From an uncultured Erysipelotrichaceae bacterium (GTDB taxonomy: Bacteria; Bacillota_I; Bacilli_A; Erysipelotrichales; Erysipelotrichaceae): a stretch of 64,000 bases of DNA. The translations under genes and the position numbers were made by a program. The stretch covers positions 894,106 to 958,105 of the forward strand of contig OW818668.1 of the NCBI GenBank assembly GCA_942493105.1, read 5' to 3'. Under the pieces are notes generated by a model, which saw only the letters and a list, made by a program, of their open reading frames with translations, did no database searches and was not told the origin of the DNA. Of the stretch, positions 31,018 through 41,374 are shown piece after piece. How positions within the stretch are numbered: the stretch's first letter is position 1; each line of letters opens with the position of its first letter.

Positions 31018-32983
31018 CTTGACAGACTATGTCCCATTGATCATTTATAGTGTATTAGGTTTGATTTTTATCTATTTGTTTATCTTTCAGTTTCTTGGCT
31101 TACGCGTTATAAATTCCAATGAAGTGGCTGTTGTAGAAAAGTGGTGGAGCTTAAAAGGTTCCTTGAAAGATGCCATTATTGCCTTAGGTGGAGAAGCAGG
31201 TTATTCTCCAGATCTATTGCGTGGAGGCATTCATTTTAAGTCTGTATTTATGTATAAGATTCATCGTTATCCTTTGATTACGATTCCTCAAGGACAAATT
31301 GCATATATTTTCGCAAGAGATGGGCAGCCTTTGCCACCTACTCAAACTTTGGGCAGAATTATAAAAGAAGCCAATAACTTCCAAAATGTCAGAGGATTCT
31401 TACAAAATGGAGGACAAAGAGGACCACAACGCGGTATTTTACGTGAAGGGACTTATGCCATCAACTTAGCGCAGTTTATTGTTATCACACCAACTGAACT
31501 CAAGATGATTGATTCTACTCGTCGTCAAGAGCGTCAAGAGTTACAAAGTATGCAGAATACTTTACGTGAACGCGGTGCATTTGGACCGGTTGTCATCATG
31601 GCCGAAAGAGACCAATTGGCAGATTTGATGGGTATCGTAACAGTTCATGATGGTTTGCCACTACAGTCTGGCGAAATCATTGCACCAAGTGTTGGTGAAG
31701 GTCATTCATCCTATCAAGATCCAGAAAAATTCCTTGAATTAGGTGGTCGTAGAGGGAAACAGATCCAGGTCTTGACCGATGGTACCTATTACATTAACCG
31801 ACTTTTTGCTACCGTCGAATTTAAACCAAAAACTGTTGTTCCAATTGGTTTTGTTGGAGTTGTCGTTTCATTCTTTGGAATAGAAGGTAAAGATATTACT
31901 GGAGAAGATTACCGACATGGTGAATTGGTTGCTGAAGGAAGCAAAGGGGTACTAGAAAAACCTTTGATGCCAGGCAAATATGCCTTTAATACGGATGCTG
32001 GAAAAGTTGTTTTGGTTCCAACGACCAATATCATTCTTAAGTGGAATAAAGCAGAAACCGGTGATCATAAGTATGATGAAAACCTGACAGAAGTTGATAT
32101 CATCACAAAAGATGCTTTTGAACCTGCTTTACCATTATCAGTTGTTATGCACATTGATTACAGACAAGCACCTTGGGTCATCCAACGTTTTGGTGACATC
32201 AGTATGTTGGTCAATCAATCATTAGATCCACTTGTATCCGCATATTTTAAAGATGTAGCCCAAACAAAAACTTTGATTGAGCTCATCCAAGAACGTTCAG
32301 AAATCAGAGAACGTGCAGTTATGGAGATGAGAGCGAAGTTTATGAAATATAACCTTCAACTTGAAGAAGTGTTGATTGGGACCCCTCGTTCACTCATCAA
32401 CGATCCTATGATTGAAAATATTCTGACTCAGTTACGTGAACGTCAGATTGCTGAAGAAAAGAAAGTCACGTATGGAAAACAGCAACAAGCAGCTGAAAGC
32501 GAAAAATCCCTAAGAGAAGCACAAGCTACTGCTGAACAACAAGGTCTGTTGACGAAGTCTAAGATTCAGATTGAAGTTGAACGCAACAGTGGAGCTGCGA
32601 TGGCCTCTAAAGCTGAACAAGAAGCCAATCAGATCGTAGCTTTGGCCAAAGCCAATGCGACTAAAGTAAGAGTCGAAGGGGAAGCTGAAGCCTCTAAAGA
32701 ATCCAATGTAGGGTTAGCTAAAGCTCAAGCCATCGATGCTCAAGTTAAAGCGTATGGTGGTGCTGAGTATCGCGTTATGCAGGAAATTGCAGATAAACTT
32801 GCGGATGCGATCAAGAATGCTAAGGTAAATGTTGTTCCAAGTACTGTTGTCAATATGGGTTCACAAAATGGATCGGACAGTGAAAACATTGTAGAAGCAT
32901 TATTAAAGCTGCTTACAATGAAACAACTCGGTGTTGAATTACCCAAGGCAACAGAAAAGAATCCTGAATCGATCATTAAATAA
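31018..32983 (+). CDS. flotillin-like SPFH/band-7 protein (FloT/YuaG-like)
   Basis: N-terminal TM, an SPFH domain and a long E/A/K/Q-rich C-terminal coiled coil. TTG 31018 is preceded by GGCGGAGGT, and a TATAAT box sits at 30976. Confidence 0.75.
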
Positions 32984-32988
32984 GCTAT

Positions 32989-33019
32989 AAGAGTGCTCAT
33001 TGAAAGAGCACTCTTTTTA
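32989..33019 (+). terminator. rho-independent terminator after flotillin gene
   Basis: Perfect 10-bp stem aagagtgctc / gagcactctt followed by T5. Confidence 0.8.
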
Positions 33020-33137
33020 TCTTTAATCGAACTGTTTCAGATTCTCATAGAATTAAGTGTTAAATGTCCTTCACATAAAGGAAAAGACAGAAGCACTCAT
33101 GCAGGTGTATAATTAATCATAATGAAAGGCAGAGACT

Positions 33138-34559
33138 ATGAACGTAAAACCATCAACTTATTTAACAAGAATACATGATGATTTAAAGATCATCATCGAC
33201 GAATTAAGCATTCATTTTGATTACATATCCGTTTTAGCGACAGACTCCAAAGGAAAAGCTTATGGGGTCAGGACCCGTAGTATGGACATCCGAGATTTTA
33301 TGGGTGAACGAGGTATGGTTTTTAGAGCTGTTTGTCAAGGCAGAGTCGCTGAAGTATCCATCAATGATCTGAAGTTGGATGTCCCATTGGACGCCAGTCA
33401 GAAAATCATCGATCTTTTTAAGTCTCAGTTTGATCAACAAGCTCACTTTGATTCTGTATTGGTTGATTTGTCTACTGAAGAAAAAACCACACTAGACATT
33501 TGTAAATCATATGAGATTCCTTTTGACACTAAGACTCCTGAAGAGAAGCTTAATCTTTTATCTGGGATCGTCAAAGAAGTTGGAGCTAAAGATGAACGAA
33601 TCGTCAATGCGGTGGTTCAGTATACGGAAGTCGTTGTTTCCAAATTGTTCATCTCCACTAAAAAAGACATGATGCAGACCTATCCTTGGTCTCAAGGTGC
33701 TATAGCAGCTTTAGGTAAAGGTGACAATGGTATCAAATTAGCCTATAAATCAGTCAGCGGAATGAAAGGACTTGAGCTTTTAGATGAACTGAGAGGCATC
33801 ATCGATGAGGCTGTCAAGAACTTAGATGACACCTTAAAAGCTGGTACGATCATCCCTGGTGAATATGAAATCATTTGTACACCAGACATCACAGGACTAA
33901 TTGCTCATGAAGCTTTTGGACATGGGGTAGAAATGGACATGTTTGTTAAAAACAGAGCTCAAGCACCTCAATTCATCAATAAAGCTGTTGCATCGCCTTT
34001 AGTAGGCATGCATGATGGAGCTTTGGGTTATGAACAAGTATCTTCATATGCTTTTGATGATGAAGGCACCTTGGCTCATGACACAGTCATCATCGAAAAT
34101 GGCATCTTGAAACAAGGCATCTGTGATGCGTTAAGTGCATCTCGTTTACACACGCTTCCTACCGGTAATGGTAAGCGTGAATCGTTTGAACGTAAAGCAT
34201 ATACAAGAATGACTTCAACTTATTTTACTGCTGGAAATGATAAGTTAGACGATATGATTGCTTCAGTTAAGAAAGGGTATTTGTTGGATGGGATGGAAAG
34301 CGGAATGGAAGATCCAAAGAACTGGGGAATCCAATGTGTATTATCCAGAGGCTATGAAATCATCGATGGGAAGTTCACTGGAAAAATCGTAGGTCCTATC
34401 ATTTTAACCGGATATGTGATCGATCTATTAAAATCGATCTCTATGGTTTCTGAAAATGTTGAATTGATGGGATCTGGTTTTTGCGGTAAAGGTCATAAAG
34501 AATGGGTTAAGACAGCCAATGGTGGTGCTCATATTAAAGCTACAGCGAGGTTAGGTTAA
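33138..34559 (+). CDS. tldD: TldD family metalloprotease
   Basis: HEAFGHGVE zinc motif; 473 aa. Confidence 0.8.
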   Translation: MNVKPSTYLTRIHDDLKIIIDELSIHFDYISVLATDSKGKAYGVRTRSMDIRDFMGERGMVFRAVCQGRVAEVSINDLKLDVPLDASQKIIDLFKSQFDQQAHFDSVLVDLSTEEKTTLDICKSYEIPFDTKTPEEKLNLLSGIVKEVGAKDERIVNAVVQYTEVVVSKLFISTKKDMMQTYPWSQGAIAALGKGDNGIKLAYKSVSGMKGLELLDELRGIIDEAVKNLDDTLKAGTIIPGEYEIICTPDITGLIAHEAFGHGVEMDMFVKNRAQAPQFINKAVASPLVGMHDGALGYEQVSSYAFDDEGTLAHDTVIIENGILKQGICDALSASRLHTLPTGNGKRESFERKAYTRMTSTYFTAGNDKLDDMIASVKKGYLLDGMESGMEDPKNWGIQCVLSRGYEIIDGKFTGKIVGPIILTGYVIDLLKSISMVSENVELMGSGFCGKGHKEWVKTANGGAHIKATARLG

Positions 34560-35839
34560 TGAAACATCTAGAAAAAATCCTATTAGAATATCCTGAAATC
34601 AATGATTATGTCATCATCTCTAAACAAACAAAGAGTGCCGAATGGTTCTTTATCAAAGATAAACTGGATCAGTCTCGTCTTAAAGAAGTAACTTATACAT
34701 CGATCAAGCTTTTCGTAGATGATCTGACAGGTAAAACCAGAGGTCATGCGGAAGTTCTCATTTACCCGACCCATACGCAAGATGAGATCAAAACCATGCT
34801 TCATGAGGCTGTAATCGGGGCTAAACTAATCAAAAATCAAGGCTATGCTTTGCCTGTAGAAAAAGATTTAGAATACAAACAACATGTTAAAGAAAATATC
34901 GTAGAAACAGGACTTGAAATCATTGACTTTATTTTTGATACTGCCAGGAAAGCTCAAGGTGATCTCAACAGTTTCGAAGTTTTTGTAAATCACAATACCA
35001 TTGAGTTCCTCAATAAGAATGGACTTCATTTAAACTATTCAACTCAAGATTGTTATTTAGAAGTCATCGTCAATGCGAAAACTCCAACTCAAGAAATTGA
35101 GCTTTATAAGGAATATCGCTTTGGAGCTCTGAATAAAGCAAGTTTAGCCAATCAGTTCAATGCCTTGTTTACAGAAGCCAAAGACAGAGCCAATGCTTTG
35201 CCTACCCCAAAACTTGAAAAGGCAGATTTGATCTTGTCTAATGATAACGTTGAAAGTTTACTTGGTGTTTATGAAGGATCAACCAATGCGGCAGCTTTAT
35301 ATAACCACATGAGTAATTTCACCATGGGTCAGAATCTTCAAGAAAATGCCCAAGGTGATAAGATCGAACTAACAATGCTGAGTGCTTTAGAAGGCTCAAT
35401 CTACAATGCGCCTATTGATGGCGATGGAGTCATCTTAAAATCAACCAAAGTTATTGAGAAAGGTATCTTCACGAAAGCTTGGGGAGATGCTAGACATTCT
35501 TACTATATGGATCTACAGCCTTCTGGTCAGCTTAGAAATGCCAGTTTTAAAGGTGGATCAAAAACCATCAAAGAACTTGAAAGTGAAGATGCTTTAGAAG
35601 TCTTAGACTTCTCTAGTTTTATCGTTGATGATTCTACTGGAGACTTCAGCGGTGAGATCCGTTTAGGTTATACCATTAAGAATGGTCAAAAAACAGCCAT
35701 CAGCGGAGGATCCATTTCCGGTAATCTGTTAGCACTTCATCATCAGTTATATTTGTCTAAAGAAACTCAGCGTGCTAATCGTTTTGAAGGTCCAGTCAAA
35801 CTCAGACTTAATGGCGTCAGTGTCGCGGGCATACAATAA
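34559..35839 (+). CDS. TldE/PmbA family protein
   Basis: 426 aa TldD/PmbA-fold partner sharing its boundary with tldD. Confidence 0.75.
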   Translation: MKHLEKILLEYPEINDYVIISKQTKSAEWFFIKDKLDQSRLKEVTYTSIKLFVDDLTGKTRGHAEVLIYPTHTQDEIKTMLHEAVIGAKLIKNQGYALPVEKDLEYKQHVKENIVETGLEIIDFIFDTARKAQGDLNSFEVFVNHNTIEFLNKNGLHLNYSTQDCYLEVIVNAKTPTQEIELYKEYRFGALNKASLANQFNALFTEAKDRANALPTPKLEKADLILSNDNVESLLGVYEGSTNAAALYNHMSNFTMGQNLQENAQGDKIELTMLSALEGSIYNAPIDGDGVILKSTKVIEKGIFTKAWGDARHSYYMDLQPSGQLRNASFKGGSKTIKELESEDALEVLDFSSFIVDDSTGDFSGEIRLGYTIKNGQKTAISGGSISGNLLALHHQLYLSKETQRANRFEGPVKLRLNGVSVAGIQ

Positions 35840-35842
35840 ATA

Positions 35843-35867
35843 GACGTCCCTTAAAGGACGTTTTTTA
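35843..35867 (+). terminator. rho-independent terminator
   Basis: acgtcc-cttaaag-ggacgt stem followed by T6. Confidence 0.7.
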
Positions 35868-35917
35868 TCAAGATTGATAAGCAACACAAGATCGAAAGAT
35901 CATAAGCAAGGAGCTCT

Positions 35918-37261
35918 ATGTTTGATTTAAATTTCAATATCGATGCCTGGGTCAACCATGTCAAAGATCAGTTAAAACTCAATGCTACAGAACGGCATTT
36001 GTTGGAAGAACAGATTAGACAAAGAACCAAGGATCTATCACAGCAATGGTTAAGTGAAGAAGAAGCCTTCTTGATTGCAGTAAAGCGTGTTTCACTTGAG
36101 CGAGGCTATCATCTTATGGTTGATGAGTCCTTGATTTGGAAGCAAGTCAGTATAAAACCCATGGAAAGACCTCTTGAATCAAATTCTTTGAGATCGATTC
36201 TTATGGTGGTTTTCTTTTCGCTTATTGCGGGAACCATGAGTAAATTACCCAGTTGGATTTGGTATGATTATCAAGGATTTGCTTATGAAATGATGGTGTT
36301 TAAGAACACAAGTTTATTTATCTTGCCTTTGGTTGCTTTGTATTTACTGATTCAACATAAAACCAGTCGAAAGATGCTGTTGACGATTTTAGGAATCTTT
36401 GCGATGACGATCCTTTTGATCAATATCTATCCTTATACAGGACAGCGTCATACTGAAATCTTAACTGGACTACATGTTCCTTTATTAATGTGGTTGATCA
36501 TAGGCGTAGCATATTTAGGCAATGAATTCAAGAATACGAAACGAAGAATGGACTTTATTCGTTTCTCAGGAGAAGCCTTTATTTATGGTGTTTTGATTTT
36601 CTGTGGTTTGATGGTTCTGTCTTTGTTTATCCTGCTCATCTTCTCATCCATTCAAGTCGATGTATCCAATTTTGTAACAGAATATCTGATCGTTTATGGT
36701 TCGTGTGCAGTTGTATTGGTAACGGTATATCAGGTTGAAAAGAAAAATCTCATGGAGAATTTCGCACCGATCTTGGCGAGAATCTTTAGTCCTTTGTTTT
36801 TGGTTTCTATGGTTTTGTTTCTGGTAACAATTCTACTTACAGGTCGTAATCCTTTGGTAGATCGAAATTATCTGATTGCTTTTGATGCGATGCTGGTCCT
36901 TGTGTTGGCACTGGTCCTCTATGTGATATCTGCTCGCAAAGAAAATGACAAGATTGGCACTTTTGATTATTTAAATATTGGACTCATCAGTGCTGCTTTG
37001 ATCATTGATGGGATTGCGTTAGTTGAGATCATCATTCGATTGTCGACCATGGGCATCACTCCAAATAAAATGGCTGCCTTAGGTGAAAACATCGTGGTGT
37101 TTATCAATTTGGCAGGTTTGATTTTTGCTTATTATAAAATCATCAAACACAAAAACACCTTTGAGCAACTCGAGCGTTTTCAAACCAACTATTTAAATAT
37201 TTATGCGGGCTGGCTTGCCTGTGTTGTGTTTATATTTCCACTGATCTTTGGATTCAACTAA
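35918..37261 (+). CDS. hypothetical polytopic membrane protein
   Basis: ~100 aa soluble N-terminus followed by ~10 TM segments. Confidence 0.4.
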   Translation: MFDLNFNIDAWVNHVKDQLKLNATERHLLEEQIRQRTKDLSQQWLSEEEAFLIAVKRVSLERGYHLMVDESLIWKQVSIKPMERPLESNSLRSILMVVFFSLIAGTMSKLPSWIWYDYQGFAYEMMVFKNTSLFILPLVALYLLIQHKTSRKMLLTILGIFAMTILLINIYPYTGQRHTEILTGLHVPLLMWLIIGVAYLGNEFKNTKRRMDFIRFSGEAFIYGVLIFCGLMVLSLFILLIFSSIQVDVSNFVTEYLIVYGSCAVVLVTVYQVEKKNLMENFAPILARIFSPLFLVSMVLFLVTILLTGRNPLVDRNYLIAFDAMLVLVLALVLYVISARKENDKIGTFDYLNIGLISAALIIDGIALVEIIIRLSTMGITPNKMAALGENIVVFINLAGLIFAYYKIIKHKNTFEQLERFQTNYLNIYAGWLACVVFIFPLIFGFN

Positions 37262-37283
37262 AAAACCACGACGTGGTTTTTTT
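37261..37283. terminator. bidirectional terminator
   Basis: aaaaaccacg-acgtggttttttt. Confidence 0.6.
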
Positions 37284-39036
37284 AGTTATTGGTGGTAGAT
37301 TGACGTAATACTTTTTCTATGAACAAATCAGCCAAATGTGGATCAAATTGTGTTCCCATATTACGTTTAATTTCTTCTATGGCTTCTTCTCGTGACTTAC
37401 GAGGCTTATATGAACTTTGAGTAATCATCGTATCATAACTATCTGCGATCGCAATGATACGGGCTGCGGTTGGGATTTCTTCCCATGTGATCCCTGAGGG
37501 ATAACCAGAACCGTCATATCGTTCATGATGATATAGGATTGCTTTCCCAACATCATTCATGGCATCTGTATTGCCTACGACTTTGGCTCCGATTTCGGTG
37601 TGTGATTTGACTTGTTCCCATTCATCAATGGTCAATGGGGTTTTCTTTTGAAGGATATCGGTACTGATCGCAATCTTACCTATGTCGTGAAGCAAACCAG
37701 CTAAAGTTAATTTTTGAATATCATCTTTATTCAACTTTAAGGCATGTCCCATTTCTTGACACAAGAAACTTACACGCTTGGCATGTTGTTCTTCATAGGG
37801 GATCTTACTAAATAGAGTGGCCGCAATTACATCGATGATGTCTTTACGGCTTCTTTCGCCTTCTTTCGCCTTTGCCTTATACATTGCATCTTCAGCCAAT
37901 CGCATTTGTTCATTCATAGATTCATTGAGGAATGACTTTGTGGAAAGACCAAAAGCAATACTGACACTAATGGAGTTGACACTTTTTTGAGCACAAATCG
38001 CGTGAATTCGATCAACGATTTTTTGAGCATCCCCAAAGTTTGTTTTAGGTAAAAAGATCATGAATTCATCTCCACCCCAACGTGCAATCAAATCTTCAGG
38101 TCGACAACTGTTTTTAATGGACTCTGCGGCTTTGATGATCAGTTCATCACCTTTTTCATGACCAAAGGCATCATTGACAAGCTTAAGCCGATTTACATCA
38201 CCCATGATGATGCTTAAAGGTAAATTACGCGGAACATCCAAACGCTTGATTTCTTCTTCAAGAAAGCGACGATTGTATAAACCAGTCAACATATCATGGA
38301 AGCTTAAGTATTCAATTTGGGCCTCTTTTAGGTTACGTTCAGTGATGTCTCGAGCTACTGCATACACTTTTTGGCCATCACTTTGAGCATCCCACTCCAT
38401 CACACGAAAGGTTCCATCTTTATGTCGATATCGATTGACGAAACTGATGACCTGCTGATTGTTCTCTAATTGTCTAAGAATGGACTTATTGTTGGTTAAG
38501 TCATCGGGATGTAGAAATTGCCAACTGTATTTGCGCTCAACTTCATTGGGCTCATAACCCAACACTTTTTTCCAAGCTGGGTTTACTTTTAAATAGAGTC
38601 CATCTGTATGGGATATGCTTAATAAATCGGGACTAATTCTAAAGAAGACATCCATATCACTTAGGTTTTTAACCGAAGCTGTAATATCTGTATAAAAGAG
38701 ATAAATAAAGTTGGCTTCTGGTGAATAAACACTGACTTTATAATGAGACTCACTTTTTGAGACATACACATTAAAAAGCTCAGTACCACCATTTAGCGCA
38801 ACATTGACCACGCGTTCAAAGAAACCATTCTCTTCTAAATTAAAACCTGGATTGATCACACTCAATCTTTTACCTAGGACTTGATCTCGCTTAAGAATGA
38901 TCATATCTTCATAGGCACCATTGATTTGTACATACTCAAAATCACAAGGAATTCCTTGATCATTAAACATCAAATGGAGATATGAAAAACCAATGGGAAA
39001 CTGTTCAATGATGGATTCACAGAAATGGACAGACAT
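37282..39036 (-). CDS. PAS-GGDEF-HD-GYP signalling protein (c-di-GMP cyclase/phosphodiesterase)
   Basis: GGDEF active-site sequence RWGGDEF plus an HD-GYP domain (LLHDIGK ... HHERYDGSGYP). The track ORF extends to 39069 from a TTG; ATG 39036 has an AAAGGGG RBS. Confidence 0.8.
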   Translation of the reverse strand: MSVHFCESIIEQFPIGFSYLHLMFNDQGIPCDFEYVQINGAYEDMIILKRDQVLGKRLSVINPGFNLEENGFFERVVNVALNGGTELFNVYVSKSESHYKVSVYSPEANFIYLFYTDITASVKNLSDMDVFFRISPDLLSISHTDGLYLKVNPAWKKVLGYEPNEVERKYSWQFLHPDDLTNNKSILRQLENNQQVISFVNRYRHKDGTFRVMEWDAQSDGQKVYAVARDITERNLKEAQIEYLSFHDMLTGLYNRRFLEEEIKRLDVPRNLPLSIIMGDVNRLKLVNDAFGHEKGDELIIKAAESIKNSCRPEDLIARWGGDEFMIFLPKTNFGDAQKIVDRIHAICAQKSVNSISVSIAFGLSTKSFLNESMNEQMRLAEDAMYKAKAKEGERSRKDIIDVIAATLFSKIPYEEQHAKRVSFLCQEMGHALKLNKDDIQKLTLAGLLHDIGKIAISTDILQKKTPLTIDEWEQVKSHTEIGAKVVGNTDAMNDVGKAILYHHERYDGSGYPSGITWEEIPTAARIIAIADSYDTMITQSSYKPRKSREEAIEEIKRNMGTQFDPHLADLFIEKVLRQSTTNN

Positions 39037-39353
39037 TAGGGTCCCCTTTACTTGTGTCATAAAGAACAACTCATAGTTAAATTTAGTTTAGCACGCTTAT
39101 AATAAAACATCAAACAGCTCATTGAAAGATTAAGAGCGTCGATAATAATGTACTCCCTTCTTATATGAACGGGCAAGAGATGGACAACTTTTTGGACAGT
39201 ACGCATCAATAGAAGATGATTTCAAGACTGCAATCAATGATTATCCTCAGTCATTTAAATTAACATCGCTATAACCAATGAAGGGGGATAGAATTCGGCA
39301 GATTGATTTTCAATTAAACAAGGTTATAATAAAAACAAAAGGATAGGCACCCC

Positions 39354-40283
39354 ATGAAACTCTTTAAAATAGGTCTGTGTTGTTTGATTTTAAGTATTTT
39401 GATCAGTGGATGTGGAACTTCGGATACAAAGAAGTGGGTCCCTTCGGAAATGGCAGGATTGGCTAATCCTGGTTTCACTTTGACTTCAAAAACTGTTTCA
39501 AATTCAGAAGTAAGATACAACTTTTCAAACATCAGTGAACAAAAGGCAAGTGATTTCTTAAGTGTTTTATATCAGTCATCCTTCATAACAAGTCAAAATT
39601 ACATCGCTGAAACAAACTATATCAGTTATGCAGCCTTTAATACATCGGGTGAAAGTCTCCATTTTGTATATACTCCAAGTGATAAGACCGGTGTTTTGAT
39701 TTATGGGAAAGCCAGCTCTAATCGCTTTGTTCCTGGAGCTAGAGATGTGGGCTATTTCATTGAATCAAACTTTGAATATGAGTCTAATGCGGAGGCAACA
39801 AAATACAATGCGACTTTGTGGTATTCAGTAAGTCTCAATGTGAAATTAAGCGACTATTTAGAAACTGTAGATTCATGTAAGATCAGCAGTTTTACAGTCA
39901 AAACCAAATCTAGAGTTGGAACATTGAGTTTTGGCAATGATGCATGGTCAAGCAGTTCTGCGAATTTTAGTAAAACATGCAGTGGTTTAAGCGGGCTAAG
40001 TTTTGTGGTTCGTCAAAGAAACATTGGTTCTTATCCTGTAACCATGGCTTTCAGTCAAGACAAAAAACCTTATTTTGAAGCCATGGGATTATCTCAAGCA
40101 GATTTGAATTTCACGATCACCTTTAAGGTCACTGTCACGACAGATAAACACACCTATATAAAAAACTATGAACTTCAGATCCTGCCTTCAGGGTTTGATA
40201 CCACCAAGATGAATAAACAAACCTACAGCGCTGATCAACTCATAACCGACTTTACTCTTGGGATTCCTTTTATGAAAGAATGA
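39354..40283 (+). CDS. hypothetical lipoprotein
   Basis: Signal peptide with ISGCG lipobox; S/T/N-rich beta-type protein. Confidence 0.5.
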   Translation: MKLFKIGLCCLILSILISGCGTSDTKKWVPSEMAGLANPGFTLTSKTVSNSEVRYNFSNISEQKASDFLSVLYQSSFITSQNYIAETNYISYAAFNTSGESLHFVYTPSDKTGVLIYGKASSNRFVPGARDVGYFIESNFEYESNAEATKYNATLWYSVSLNVKLSDYLETVDSCKISSFTVKTKSRVGTLSFGNDAWSSSSANFSKTCSGLSGLSFVVRQRNIGSYPVTMAFSQDKKPYFEAMGLSQADLNFTITFKVTVTTDKHTYIKNYELQILPSGFDTTKMNKQTYSADQLITDFTLGIPFMKE

Positions 40284-40306
40284 AAACCGCAAACGCGGTT
40301 TTTTTG
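40284..40306. terminator. bidirectional terminator
   Basis: aaaaccgc-aaac-gcggttttttt. Confidence 0.7.
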
Positions 40307-40319
40307 AGTCGATGATTCT

Positions 40320-41039
40320 TTAAATCGAAGTACGATAGGCAGCTTGTGTGATACTGAAACGATCTGGTCTATAATAGGTTGACGTAAATTCAAAGGCAAC
40401 CCCATTTTTTAAATATGAGATATTTGTGATCTTAAGTAAAGGTTTACCTTCGTTAACATGAAGTAATTTTGCGATCTCACGGGATGCTTCTACAGCTTCG
40501 ATTTCTTGATTGGAGTAGGTGATGACTAAGCCTACCTTTTTCTCTAGGTGTTGATAGATGGATCCGTTTAAGATGTCTAGGTTACAATCCCCAAAGACGG
40601 AGGCCAAATAGTATGAGTCTTCAAAGGCATATGGCTCATTGTCTACATTTCTTACCCTTTGGATTTTCCATACTTGTTTATTGACGTTGACTCCTAATTT
40701 CATAGCGACCATGGCACTGGCCTTTTCTTTCTTGAAGTCAATGATGGTATTGGTTACCGTTAATCCACGGCGTGTTGCTTCTTCAGTAAAACATAAGTAA
40801 CTTTGCAGATCTTTGAAGTGTGGACGTTGGGATACGAAAGAACCTTTTCCGTGATAGCGATGAAGTAAACCCAATACGACCAACTCATCGATGACTTTAC
40901 GGGCTGTCATACGGGAAACTTCAAATCGTTTTGCTAATTCATTTTCGGATTCGATGGGTTCATCCGGCAGGATTTCTTTTCGATTGATTCGACCTACGAT
41001 ATATTCTTTGATTTCTTCATGTTTATTGATTCTGGCCAT
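40320..41039 (-). CDS. GntR/HutC-family transcriptional regulator (UTRA effector domain)
   Basis: N-terminal winged HTH (ELAKRFEVSRMTARKVIDEL) plus a UTRA-like C-terminus. Confidence 0.85.
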   Translation of the reverse strand: MARINKHEEIKEYIVGRINRKEILPDEPIESENELAKRFEVSRMTARKVIDELVVLGLLHRYHGKGSFVSQRPHFKDLQSYLCFTEEATRRGLTVTNTIIDFKKEKASAMVAMKLGVNVNKQVWKIQRVRNVDNEPYAFEDSYYLASVFGDCNLDILNGSIYQHLEKKVGLVITYSNQEIEAVEASREIAKLLHVNEGKPLLKITNISYLKNGVAFEFTSTYYRPDRFSITQAAYRTSI

Positions 41040-41374
41040 GAGTGCTCACTTTCCTTCTGCCATGCATATTCTATTTACATTGATATATTATATCATATCG
41101 ATACCATGGCATTTTGCTCATTAAGTAACGCTAAAACTCTAAATATGAAGTTGAAATGATGGGACTTTATGACATATATGATTCTTATAAAAAAGTTAAG
41201 GTTAAGATTGAAACCAGCCAAAACAGTTGTATACTTAAGTTGTGGTTATATATACAACTTGGTTTGTTAAATCAATACAAGACAGAATTGGAGGGCACTT
41301 TATCGAAGAATAACTCAAACAAACCCTTACCTATGAATCGTATTTTATGAACAGATGCTTGATTAAGAGTATCT

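Noticed and set aside
37851-37870. 10-bp x2 tandem repeat considered as a possible CRISPR/minisatellite
   Set aside because: Only two units, inside a coding region, no spacers. Kept only as a note under the GGDEF-HD-GYP finding.
41156-41350. 64-aa ORF in the GntR / ceramidase-like intergenic region
   Set aside because: No RBS, low-complexity product, lies in a divergent promoter region; most likely spurious.
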